64,000 nucleotides of DNA from Flavobacteriales bacterium (lineage in GTDB: Bacteria > Bacteroidota > Bacteroidia > Flavobacteriales_F > PHOS-HE28): NCBI GenBank assembly GCA_016710965.1, contig JADJTW010000014.1, forward strand, positions 44,210 through 108,209, in the 5' to 3' direction. This document shows positions 55,199 through 64,000 of this stretch, piece after piece (positions within the stretch are counted from its first letter, which is position 1; each line of letters opens with the position of its first letter). The notes below the pieces were generated by a model that saw nothing but the letters and a program-made list of their open reading frames with translations, had not been told where the DNA came from and did no database searches. The translations under genes and the position numbers were made by a program.

Positions 55199-55719
55199 CG
55201 TCGACGCAAAGGAATATCGATGGGTGCATAGGATGGTTCGTCGCCATAGGTGGAGTAGAACACCTCATCAAACCGATCGCATAACGGATAGCCCCGCTCA
55301 AGGGTCAGGGGTACTACCATCTGCCGATACACATTGCGATGTTCCCAGGACCGCTCATCCTGCACCAAAATGGAACAACCGCGCAGGTCCAGGTGATGCC
55401 CGATGACGAGCACGTAGTTATCCTGTGCGAACGGAAAGAGGCGTTGCTGGCCGCGTTGCGGCCGATGGTTCACGCCCGGTGTGTTGAACGCCTTTCCATC
55501 CGTGTTGCGGAAGAAGATCGGATACGGTCTGCCACCGTAGGTCAAGGGTACGTTGTTCGTGTCCAGCACGGTGATGCGCAGTCCATCCACCACGGTCGTA
55601 TCACCCGGCGCGTGAGGCCGCACCACGAGAATGGCAGCATTGTCATAGCCGCAATGCTGGGCCATGACGTCCGGCAGGGAGCAGCAGGACAGGAAGAGCA
55701 GGATCATGCGCATGCCCAC
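55195..55719 (-). CDS. Hypothetical secreted protein
   Basis: 174 aa. Signal-like MGMRMILLFLSCCSLPDVMAQ. Confidence 0.55.
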   Translation of the reverse strand: MGMRMILLFLSCCSLPDVMAQHCGYDNAAILVVRPHAPGDTTVVDGLRITVLDTNNVPLTYGGRPYPIFFRNTDGKAFNTPGVNHRPQRGQQRLFPFAQDNYVLVIGHHLDLRGCSILVQDERSWEHRNVYRQMVVPLTLERGYPLCDRFDEVFYSTYGDEPSYAPIDIPLRRR

Positions 55720-55831
55720 CGGTACTCCGAAAGTGGCCCATGGTTCGATCGCATTGCTCTGGACCGCACGCGGAACAACCGATACTCATAAGGTCCTGAT
55801 CGCTACATTCACCTTTCCAAAACCGCTGGTC

Positions 55832-56251
55832 ATGAAGGACCTCATGCTCGTACTGCATTTCATCGGCCTGGCCATGGGCCTTGGCACCAGCTTCGGTTTC
55901 ATGTTCCTGGGCATCGCCTCCTCGCGGATGGAGCCGGAGAAAGGACGCGCATTCATGGTGAATGCGCTCGCGCTAAGCACCATGGGGCATGTCGGACTGG
56001 CGCTGCTGCTCGTGTCCGGAATCTATCTGCTATGGCCCTTCCTGCCCGCACTTGGCGACATGCCACTGCTTCAGGCGAAGCTCGCATTGTTCGTGTTGCT
56101 TGGCGCGCTCATCGGGATCATCTCCGGCAAGGCGCGCAAGGCCCGTTCGGGGGATCCCGAGGCACAGCTGAAGGCCATCGCGCCACTTGGCCGGCTCAGT
56201 CTGCTCACCACTCTGGCAATCGTGGTGCTCGCCGTGCTCAACTTCCATTGA
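55832..56251 (+). CDS. Hypothetical four-helix membrane protein
   Basis: Start MKDLMLVLHFIGLAMGLGTSFGF at 55832 within the 55664 ORF. 139 aa. Confidence 0.6.
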   Translation: MKDLMLVLHFIGLAMGLGTSFGFMFLGIASSRMEPEKGRAFMVNALALSTMGHVGLALLLVSGIYLLWPFLPALGDMPLLQAKLALFVLLGALIGIISGKARKARSGDPEAQLKAIAPLGRLSLLTTLAIVVLAVLNFH

Positions 56252-56262
56252 ACCCTCGCACC

Positions 56263-56940
56263 ATGAACAACCAGGACACACGGATCGCACCCATCGGTGC
56301 ATGGACCGGAATGATCGGATCGCTGTGCATGCTCTGCGGCGCGGCTATCTGGGGCGTTACCGGCGCGGATTTCGACACGGCGATGGTCGATGACGACATC
56401 GCCACCTACCTGACTACGGCGCGCGCCGGCCGCACGCTCTTGATCGCCAACCTTTCCGTGTGGATCGTCGGCATCTTCCTCCTAGGCATCGCGGCCAGGA
56501 TGATGTCGCTGTTGAGCAGCAACGCCCCTGTGCTGTCGCATCTGGTGCGCTACAACTACGGGGTGGCCATTCCATTGGTCATCGCTTCGTACATGGCCTG
56601 GATGGCTGTCGTAGTTCGCGCTGTGCCGATGGAAGCCCAAGTGGCTGGCCCTCTGGCCGAGGTGGTCGGTTGGTTCGGCGTGATGGCCGACTGGGTGGCC
56701 ACGATCCTGGTGCTGGGCCTTGGGCCCATGCTGATCGTGCGGGCTGGCCAAGGACAATGGGTACCGCGCTGGCTGCACGTCTGGGGCCATCTCTGCCTGA
56801 TCCCCGGTGCGCTCACGTTGCTTGCTATGTTCGCTGGCGGACTGCACACCTACGGCTTCGTGATCATTCCCATCGGCATGGGCTGGATGATCGGTGCGTC
56901 CGTTGTGCTCTTCAAGCGCGCTGGCGCGAAGCAGGCCTGA
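56263..56940 (+). CDS. Hypothetical polytopic membrane protein
   Basis: Start MNNQDTRIAPIGAWTGMIGSLCMLCGAAIW at 56263 within the 56032 ORF. 225 aa with about six helices. Confidence 0.6.
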   Translation: MNNQDTRIAPIGAWTGMIGSLCMLCGAAIWGVTGADFDTAMVDDDIATYLTTARAGRTLLIANLSVWIVGIFLLGIAARMMSLLSSNAPVLSHLVRYNYGVAIPLVIASYMAWMAVVVRAVPMEAQVAGPLAEVVGWFGVMADWVATILVLGLGPMLIVRAGQGQWVPRWLHVWGHLCLIPGALTLLAMFAGGLHTYGFVIIPIGMGWMIGASVVLFKRAGAKQA

Positions 56941-57006
56941 GTCCCGCTTACGTTGGCAAGCGTGCAGCAGCCCTAAGCGCGCCACCAGTTCCACGCGGCG
57001 GTTCAG

Positions 57007-57279
57007 CTATTTTCCCTCGCCGGTGGTCGCCGTTACCACCGGCGTCTCCTTGGTGAGCACGTTGGTGAGGTAGACCCAGTCCGACTGCATGTTCCAGGTG
57101 ATGCCGTTGGCTTGGAAGTGATCGGCGAGCGTGAGCAACTGCGCGCGGTTGGCCATGTAGAAGAGTGGGCCGTTCCATTGCGGAGTCTCCTCGTTGTGGG
57201 ACACGAGGTCGAAGAGAACGGGCGGCTGTGCTTGAGCTGCGGCGCTCCACAGCATGAACAGCAGGGTCTGAGGTTTCAT
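57007..57279 (-). CDS. Small secreted ORF, possibly the N-terminal stump of a larger gene
   Basis: 90 aa. Signal MKPQTLLFMLWSAAAQAQ. It ends only 66 nt from the convergent gene, so it may be truncated. Confidence 0.3.
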   Translation of the reverse strand: MKPQTLLFMLWSAAAQAQPPVLFDLVSHNEETPQWNGPLFYMANRAQLLTLADHFQANGITWNMQSDWVYLTNVLTKETPVVTATTGEGK

Positions 57280-57361
57280 CTATCGGCTTTGATGTTCGGA
57301 TGTGCGTGCGCCGCGATGGTTCAATGCAGAAGCCAACGAAAGATAGGATCGGCCCCTTTGC

Positions 57362-58603
57362 ATGATCGCGGGATCAGCCCTGACGAGGCTGCGTTCGGCC
57401 CACCTCCCCCGAAATATCAATGCACCCACTGCCGTCGCCGCAACGTCCGATCCTACCTTTCCATCCGTGCGCTGCGCAATACTGTTGTTCACCTTGCTGA
57501 TCCGGATCCCGTTGCTCGCGCAGCAGCCCGAAGGGACCCCAGCGCACGTAGGCTATGCGGATACGCTCCTGTTCAACGACGGCCTGCGTTACGCGGCCTT
57601 CGGTTACGATGGCCCTGCGCCTTTGTTCGTGCAGGTGTGGTACCCGATGCACGACGATCCCGGCTCGGCGGCCTTGCGTTATGCGGACCTCCGCACGCGC
57701 ACGCTGCACGGCCCCTTGCGCCGCGTATACGATGAGTTGCTCCTGCGCATGGATTCCGCCTTCATCGAATACGACCTGCGCTATCCCTTCGACGGTGATG
57801 TGCCCATCGACTACGCACCATTCACGGAGCAGCAGGTGAAGGACAGCCTCTTCGCCCTGCCCACCACCGCCCATCGCGCAATGCTCCCAACGGCGCTGAG
57901 CCTTCCGGTGATCGTGTACCACCACGGATCGCAAGGCATGAGCGACGAGAACGTGCGCATGGCCGAGCACTTCGCGGCGAACGGCTTCGTCTTCCTCTCG
58001 TGCAACTTCCACTGGCCGCTGGAGCACGGCATGTATGGCACCCCGCTCGTGTGGGAGCCGGACACGGGTTCCATCCGCACTGTGCTCCGCTTCGCGCGCG
58101 AACTCGCCAACGGCAACAAGGTCTTCTACATCGGCCATAGCTGGGGCGCGCAGGAAGGCTGGTGCACGCTGCACGAGCCCGGCCTCGCCGACGGCTTCGT
58201 GAGCCTGGAGACCACCATGGAATGGAAGACCGATACCACAGAGGTGCGCGACAAGTGGCCGTACGTCCTCGATGCCATCACCACGCAGCATTACCCGATG
58301 CCCATCCTGATGGTGGCCGATACGGAAGGCGAACCGCCGTTCCAGATGTTCAAAGGTGTGCACGGCGAGCTACGCTACCTCGATCCGAAGAAGCCCTTCG
58401 CACACGAGAACTACACCAGCGCCTACCTGATGCGGTCGCAGGGTGCGGGAGGCTTCAATGTTCCCGATCGAGCAGCCTTGCGGGAACAGGAAGTGGTGTA
58501 CGAAGCGCTGCTGGACGAACTGTTGGCGTTCCTTCAAGGGCACGTCGCGATGTCCACACAGCGCAAGGCGGATCCCCAAAGCGACTTCTTCCATCGTCGC
58601 TGA
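57362..58603 (+). CDS. Alpha/beta-hydrolase (dienelactone-hydrolase / PAF-acetylhydrolase-like), probably secreted
   Basis: 413-aa ORF. The more likely start is GTG at 57467, giving (M)RCAILLFTLLIRIPLLAQQ. Nucleophile elbow in FYIGHSWGAQEG. Confidence 0.75.
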   Translation: MIAGSALTRLRSAHLPRNINAPTAVAATSDPTFPSVRCAILLFTLLIRIPLLAQQPEGTPAHVGYADTLLFNDGLRYAAFGYDGPAPLFVQVWYPMHDDPGSAALRYADLRTRTLHGPLRRVYDELLLRMDSAFIEYDLRYPFDGDVPIDYAPFTEQQVKDSLFALPTTAHRAMLPTALSLPVIVYHHGSQGMSDENVRMAEHFAANGFVFLSCNFHWPLEHGMYGTPLVWEPDTGSIRTVLRFARELANGNKVFYIGHSWGAQEGWCTLHEPGLADGFVSLETTMEWKTDTTEVRDKWPYVLDAITTQHYPMPILMVADTEGEPPFQMFKGVHGELRYLDPKKPFAHENYTSAYLMRSQGAGGFNVPDRAALREQEVVYEALLDELLAFLQGHVAMSTQRKADPQSDFFHRR

Positions 58604-58691
58604 ACACTTTCAGCAGGCAGGCCTTCCTCCTGCGAGCCGCCGCACAGCAGCTGGCACGTTCGCGGCGTGAGCGCGCGTGGTGGAGCAAGTC

Positions 58692-59099
58692 GTTGGGACA
58701 GGTCCGTCACTCGATCGTGTGACGGCGCAGGATGTTGGGACAGGTCCGCCGCTCGATCGTGTGACGGCGCAGGATGTTGGGACATGCCCGCCGCTCGATC
58801 GTGTGACGGCGCAGGATGTTGGGACACGCCCGCCACTCGATCGAGTGACGACGCAGGATGTTGGGACACGCCCGCCACTCGATCGTGTGACGACGCAGGA
58901 TGTTGGGACACGCCCGCCGCTCGATCGTGTGACGACGCAGGATGTTGGGACAGGTCCGTCACACCATCGACTGACGGCAGAAGATGTTGGGACACGCTCG
59001 CCACCACCTGGGGTGTGGGCGCTGCCCGTTGATCCGATGCCGCAGGATGTTGGGACAGCGGCGCCAGCATCGATCATGACGCCACAACACGTTGGGACA
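58692..59099. repeat. Tandem array: ten GTTGGGACA sites within 42-bp units (7 regular units, then degenerate 63- and 42-bp units)
   Basis: GTTGGGACA starts at 58692, 58734, 58776, 58818, 58860, 58902, 58944, 58986, 59049 and 59091. The regular unit is GTTGGGACA(NN)CCG(C/T)C(G/A)CTCGATCGTGTGACG(G/A)CGCAGGAT. Confidence 0.95.
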
Positions 59100-59241
59100 G
59101 CCACCTTATCACCATGTCCAACCGTCGCGTCCTTTACAAGGCCCCCACTCTTCCGTTATTTTCATCAAGCGAGCGACCTGTGCAGCCTGTGCATAGGCCT
59201 TGTTGCGCGGCCGCTCCCCTGCACACGAGCAACGTACCACC

Positions 59242-59877
59242 ATGATCCAGAACACCCTTACCGTGGTCTTCGGCACCAAGCGCCTGCCCGCCGACCAACT
59301 CGTCGCCAAGGGCCGCAACCATGTGCATATGATCATGGGCAATCCGCGCTTTCCGGAGCTGCAAACCCTCCTACCCCCCCTGGCCACGGCGTGCGACGTG
59401 CTCGACGCGGCCGACCAGCATTACCGCTTCAACCGCGGGCGTGTGGACCGCGTGAAGCGCAACAAGGCGCAAGCCCTGGTGGTCATGCTCATCAACCGGT
59501 TGGGCAATGGTGTACGGGTCTACTCGCACAACGACCGCGAGGCCATCCTCAGCGCGGGCTTCACCGCCAAACGCAAGCGCCAGCCCAGCCAGCCCATGCC
59601 TGCGCCTCCCCGCCTGCGCGCCACACCCACCGAACACACCGGCACCGTTCGCCTCAACTGGGGGGGCGTGCGCAACAAACGCGCCTACCGGATCGAGTTC
59701 AACCTGGGCGACATCAGCGATGCCGTGGGGTGGAAGGACCTGCTCGATACCGGAAGGAACCACTGCATCATCCCACACTTGCCGCCCGGTGCCTTCTGCT
59801 CCTTCCGTGTCTCGGCCATTGGCGCATTGGGGCCCGGGCCTGTCAGCGATGTGGCCACCGTGAAGGTGCCCTGGTGA
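59242..59877 (+). CDS. Hypothetical protein with C-terminal fibronectin type III domain
   Basis: Start MIQNTLTVVFGTKRLPADQLVAKG at 59242 within the 59200 ORF. The C-terminal ~90 aa (PPRLRATPTEHTGTVRLNWGGVRNKRAYRIEFN...FCSFRVSAIGALGPGPVSDVATVKV) is FN3-like. Confidence 0.65.
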   Translation: MIQNTLTVVFGTKRLPADQLVAKGRNHVHMIMGNPRFPELQTLLPPLATACDVLDAADQHYRFNRGRVDRVKRNKAQALVVMLINRLGNGVRVYSHNDREAILSAGFTAKRKRQPSQPMPAPPRLRATPTEHTGTVRLNWGGVRNKRAYRIEFNLGDISDAVGWKDLLDTGRNHCIIPHLPPGAFCSFRVSAIGALGPGPVSDVATVKVPW

Positions 59878-60060
59878 TCGCAACTGCGATCCATGGCGGA
59901 CGAAAGAGCAGTGTTTCAACACATGGCTGATCGGGTGCGTTGACTTCCATCCACCGACGTGCGATCAATTGCTCGACCCCTGGGCACAGCCTGCATCAGG
60001 TGCACACCAGGCCCATCGACGTGAACAAAGTGCCCTTTTCGATCATCGTCCGTTGGATGA

Positions 60061-60544
<484 letters not shown>

Positions 60545-60604
60545 ACGTGGCGCTGTGCCTAGGCGACCATCCCGTGCCCTCGGCAGTCAGGCAGCGCCAT
60601 CCGC

Positions 60605-61336
60605 TCACCCATGCACCCGCCATGCGATGGCCCGCGTGGCGTAGCGCATGTCCACCGGCCCATGGGGGCTTGTGGTATCCAACAGCGCCTCCAACGCTTG
60701 GAGGAAAGCCGGGATGTCGGCCACACCGTGCTTCACGTAGGAGCTGCTCAGCGCCAGGTTGCGCACACGCTCGCGGTCCATGGGCACGGCGTGCATGAAC
60801 GCACGGACTTCCGCATGCGGCGCTCGCTCACGGATGGCGTTGATCGTCCGGCCTGCGCGCTCGTTCACCTCGTACTGTGTGGACCACGTGCGCAGCAAGG
60901 TCTCATAGCCTTGCATGAAGGGCGTGTCCTCCAGGCGCACGTTCCAGAAGGCCACGCACGCGGAGCGCGGGGTGCCGATGCGCTCCACTTCGGCGAAGGT
61001 GCGGTCCAGGTGGAACCAATGGAAGGCCTGCGCGGCGATGATCAGATCGGCGCACGCATCGGGCAGGCCGGTATGCTCGCTGGTCCCCACCCGATAGTCC
61101 TGCGCACCCTCCGCGCGTGCCGTGGCCAACATGTCCGCGTTGGGGTCGATGCCGATCACCGGGTGGCCGGTGGTTGCGAAAAGGCGCGTGGAGATGCCTG
61201 TGCCGCAGCCCAGGTCCACGATCAAGCCGGGGGCCGGAGCCTGTTCCAAGCACCAACGCACCAGCTCCGGTGGATAGGTGGGCCGCGCCTGCCCGTAGAT
61301 GTTGGCCAGGCCGGTGAAGCGTTCGGTGGATCGCAC
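60605..61336 (-). CDS. Class I SAM-dependent methyltransferase
   Basis: 243 aa. Motif I in LIVDLGCGTGISTRLF, post-I GIDPNADML. Confidence 0.8.
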   Translation of the reverse strand: MRSTERFTGLANIYGQARPTYPPELVRWCLEQAPAPGLIVDLGCGTGISTRLFATTGHPVIGIDPNADMLATARAEGAQDYRVGTSEHTGLPDACADLIIAAQAFHWFHLDRTFAEVERIGTPRSACVAFWNVRLEDTPFMQGYETLLRTWSTQYEVNERAGRTINAIRERAPHAEVRAFMHAVPMDRERVRNLALSSSYVKHGVADIPAFLQALEALLDTTSPHGPVDMRYATRAIAWRVHG

Positions 61337-61596
61337 AGTGGTTTGCGGGCTGAGGCGAAGCTACGTGCGCGACTAGCGCGGGCACTTGCCGAACTTGCCA
61401 TTGTACTTGCAGATGGCGCTGGGGCGAGGGCCTGAGCTTCTCGGAAGAGTGGGCGTGCCCTCGCAAAGCCTCGGGTCGCGCTTTCCACGGCAAGTCCTCG
61501 CCGGATTACCGGCTGTGGGCTTTCCGCTTCAATCGCTCACGCGAAATGCGGGCTTACCGGTCAGCTGGCTTGTCCCGCACGAGATTCAAAATCCGG

Positions 61597-62232
61597 TTAG
61601 ACCTTCGTTCCCTGTACTGGGTCAAACCAGCGATCGCTTGCTGCTATAGATCCGACAGCCTTTTGTTTGCTAAAGGCATGGTTACGGCAGGCGCGTTCAG
61701 CCAGAGAGGCGATGATTCTCGGATACTCTGTATTTCGCCTCATGATTTTCTGAGCGACTGTATTTGGAATTACCACGGTTCGTTCCAATTCTCGCTGGCG
61801 TCGGCTCAGACCTTCATCTGATTCGGAAATCTCGGCATACAGAACTCTGATTGATTCAAGCTGCTTCTCATTGCCTGGGTTGTCCAGGTAGTGTTGAATC
61901 ATATAACTGAGTTTTACACCCCTTCCTATAGTCGGAACTGCGTTAAGCATCGACTTCGGAGAATTGAAAACTGCCATTCTACCATCACTCGAGTATCTCT
62001 TACTCAAAAGGAACCTTAACCTATCACTAATGCCGGATCCTTCCAGGTCTTTCTCAAACGCGAGTTGTTGCTTACGCGTCCATTCATGAATATGCGAGGT
62101 ATTTGTCAATCCATGCGCTAGATCGGCATACTGCTCATCGGTGAGGTGCTGAACCAAGGAGTCAATGGTGGGGCAAATGTCAACCAGCGTTCGGGGTGTT
62201 ACCCATGTCAGGGCTATCAACAACTTGAGCAT
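61597..62232 (-). CDS. Hypothetical protein in the low-GC segment (may be the terminal piece of the decayed upstream gene)
   Basis: 211-aa intact ORF with AT-richer codon usage than the rest of the window. No motif recognised. Confidence 0.4.
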   Translation of the reverse strand: MLKLLIALTWVTPRTLVDICPTIDSLVQHLTDEQYADLAHGLTNTSHIHEWTRKQQLAFEKDLEGSGISDRLRFLLSKRYSSDGRMAVFNSPKSMLNAVPTIGRGVKLSYMIQHYLDNPGNEKQLESIRVLYAEISESDEGLSRRQRELERTVVIPNTVAQKIMRRNTEYPRIIASLAERACRNHAFSKQKAVGSIAASDRWFDPVQGTKV

Positions 62233-62329
62233 TAGCTCATCTGAACTTCCAAGTTATTCTTGCCAGTAAGACACGTTTCCAGAACGCAGCCGAGCATGAC
62301 GGACTCTTCTGCACAAGGAAACAGAGCCA

Positions 62330-64000
62330 TTAGCCCAAAGCCCCAAATTCATCGCAAGTCTCCAGACCGCGATTTGATTGACGCAACAATACGCGATAAC
62401 GCTCAGACTGAAAGCATCTCCCCCAAATGCTCCGTGCGCTCTCAATCAGCAGGTCCCAGCTAGTTAGGCTACTAGCCCAGTTGCCAACAGTCTCTTCCAA
62501 TGCCGGACTCGCGCGTCGAATGAACTCGCTTATCTGCACGTCAATATCGTCCTTGGCGTCAAAGTCCGTAATCAACCTTGTCTTAGCTGGTGTGTGATAG
62601 TCTCGGTAGAACCGTTGCGAGACAAACTGTACGAAAGGAACGTTTCCATCTGGTCTCCCAAACACACTAGACAGGCTGTACTTATGCAAAATCGCACTCA
62701 AACTAAATAGGCCACCTTTTCTTTCATTTCGATCAAAAACGATTATGCGATTCCGAAGTATTCCATCCAAGGTGAGCTTTTTCAACTCAACATTTTCATT
62801 AATCATGTCCAATTGATTCGCACGAATGAGAATCTGGATTCTCTTTGATGACCGACGCGTGTCATTTCGCGCAACAAGACCACTTAATGTATCCCTATCA
62901 ACTAAATGCAATATGCCCAGTGATATCCATAAGACAACCACTGCGTTCTACGGTCGTCATCAATTGATGCTAATCTCTTTAGCCACAGTTCAGGAATATT
63001 GAAATGATTGTTCCGAACAAGATGGATGAGCTCCAAAGCATAGTCGCTCTTGGGGGAATTTCTCCAGTTCTGAAAGCAAGCTCGGACGAGGGCCTCTACC
63101 GCATTCGAGGGGAAGGCTAATGTTTGTTCCATCCGACGCGTAAGGCCCTTGTCCTACAGTGCTTCCGGTACTGACTCCTTCTATCAGGATTGATGCCACT
63201 TCCCGCATTAGAATGGGATACTGCGTAAACACCCCAATCGGACAGTATCTGCGCTGTAAGGGCGCTTGGGTAGTGAGTGTACTTCAATAGCGGGTCGCCC
63301 TGTAGCACCCTCAGCTGCTGTATTAGCATGGGCAGTTCGCCCTTGTCGAAGCAACCCGCAAAGAAGCGTGTCACATTCTGCCAGTAGCCGTTCCTGGCTA
63401 TGGCGTCGAATCTATCCGGTTTTGTTCCAGCCCTTTCAAACCCAGCGGGTGAGTGTGGTGCAGTCACATAGAGATACTTGGCGCAGAAGTACTCTTAGAG
63501 GGTTGGACTTCGAACTCATATGTGCCTTGCACTCTAGAGGCAAGAGCACACCCGATCCTTTACCACATCGAAGAGACTATCGGTGATGCTCGCATCGTGG
63601 CCTTCTGATGTGAGGTATTCGCGCAATCGGCTTTTGAGTGCGTCGATATGGATCGAGCCGCTATTCTTATAAAGCTCGGCCTCGGAATGAAGGATTCATC
63701 CTAAATAACGATGAATGTCAATGATGAGGTCCCTGTTGTCACGTATGACCGCGCTCTTTTCTGATTCTCGGTCAAACAACAAGCTCACGTAGCTATCGTA
63801 AAGTGCCGTGCGCTTGTTCGGCAAAGACTCACCCTTGTGCGCAGCGCTAATGAATATTGCGAGCTGCATTGGACTCTTGGCAAGGTCACGCAGGTGTGGC
63901 ATTTCGAGCTTCTCACGCACAAGACGGTTAATCTCCAGCTTCCTTTCCATCCAGCTTATTGGCTTTGATCCATTTATCGACGTACTCTTTCGTTAAAGCC
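62330..64000 (-). pseudogene. Decayed STAND (NACHT-like) NTPase gene; the 5' part lies beyond the right window edge
   Basis: Minus-strand pieces in shifting frames. They are LTKEYVDKWIKANKL (to 64000), then ERKLEINRLVREKLEMPHLRDLAKSPMQLAIFISAAHKGESLPNKRTALYDSYVSLLFDRESEK...IHRYLG, TGA (63696-63698), ILHSEAELYKNSGSIHIDALKSRLREYLTSEG...DRVCSCL, TAG (63534-63536), SARHI, TGA (63516-63518), VRSPTL, TAA (63495-63497), EYFCAKYLY.... Frames change again near 63200, 63130 and 62940. The pattern resembles the post-NTPase winged-helix region of NACHT proteins. Confidence 0.6.

Noticed and set aside
57007-57279. Possibility that the 90-aa ORF is an independent small secreted effector.
   Set aside because: This cannot be supported. 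Its sequence reads like the beginning of a larger enzyme and it stops abruptly near the convergent gene. It is kept only as a low-confidence feature.
58692-59099. Possible CRISPR array.
   Set aside because: There are no unique spacers: the whole 42-bp unit is repeated with only point differences. No cas genes or leader-like AT-rich region are nearby.
58677-59930. 417-aa plus-strand ORF (VGTGPPLDRVTAQD repeats), and the minus-strand ORFs 58534..59070 and 58610..59104.
   Set aside because: The 42-bp periodicity keeps all frames open. The plus ORF runs out of frame through the FN3 gene, and the minus ORFs run into the hydrolase gene. The units decay everywhere except in the 9-mer, which fits a DNA-level element rather than a repeat protein.
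61337-61596. Cys-containing minus-strand reading (…ARTCRGKRDPRLCEGTPTLPRSSGPRPSAICKYNGKFGKCPR-stop), considered as a small zinc-ribbon gene or a structured RNA (tmRNA, RNase P).
   Set aside because: There is no ATG, GTG or TTG start in frame before an upstream TGA. I could not find conserved RNase P, tmRNA or tRNA sequence blocks. It is left as unassigned spacer.

Overview
This is a 64-kb, visibly GC-rich chromosomal segment that reads as Bacteroidota. It has many T9SS C-terminal sorting domains, a Rho with a long charged insertion next to a DUF4293-like gene, a CarboxypepD_reg-type TonB-dependent receptor, a LytS/LytTR pair and DUF6090-like genes. I can support about 55 protein genes. Housekeeping genes include rho, mpl, acpH, an MltF-like transglycosylase, comEC, SulP and MFS transporters, and an enoyl-CoA hydratase. 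There is also a large secretome: adhesin-like Ig-repeat proteins, an S8 peptidase, a PAD/agmatine-deiminase homologue, CotH, a BNR protein and a Gly-rich protein. I saw no rRNA, tRNA, CRISPR array, transposase or integrase.

Best candidates for something new:
1. A translationally coupled pair at 42478-44072: a putative di-haem b-type membrane protein (two H-x13-H helices) and a 12-CxxCH membrane-anchored cytochrome c. The pair is divergent from an MbfA-like ferritin-VIT1 iron exporter.
2. A tightly packed array of four DUF6090-like paralogues at 44264-47336, with near-identical N-terminal anchors and divergent ectodomains.
3. A helically phased array of ten GTTGGGACA sites (42/63-bp spacing) at 58692-59099. 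It heads an accessory patch containing an FN3 protein, a truncated HNH-type remnant, a retropepsin-like protease and a methyltransferase.
4. A sharp fall in GC from about 61.6 kb onward, with a fossilised STAND/NACHT-like gene carrying four in-frame stop codons plus frameshifts.
5. A GATGGCGCAGATG-type repeat family. It includes a 49-bp tandem array and a 262-bp tandem duplication that copies the sulP promoter and first 18 codons.
6. A zeta-toxin-like P-loop gene overlapped by an unlisted 51-codon ORF.

Three further genes look frame-disrupted: an EEP nuclease/phosphatase, a BNR protein, and the third DUF6090 paralogue, which has lost its stop. Assembly or sequence quality should therefore be checked before calling biology. 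All family assignments rest on motif recognition from the translated sequence, with no searches run. Start codons are often uncertain because high GC gives long upstream extensions.
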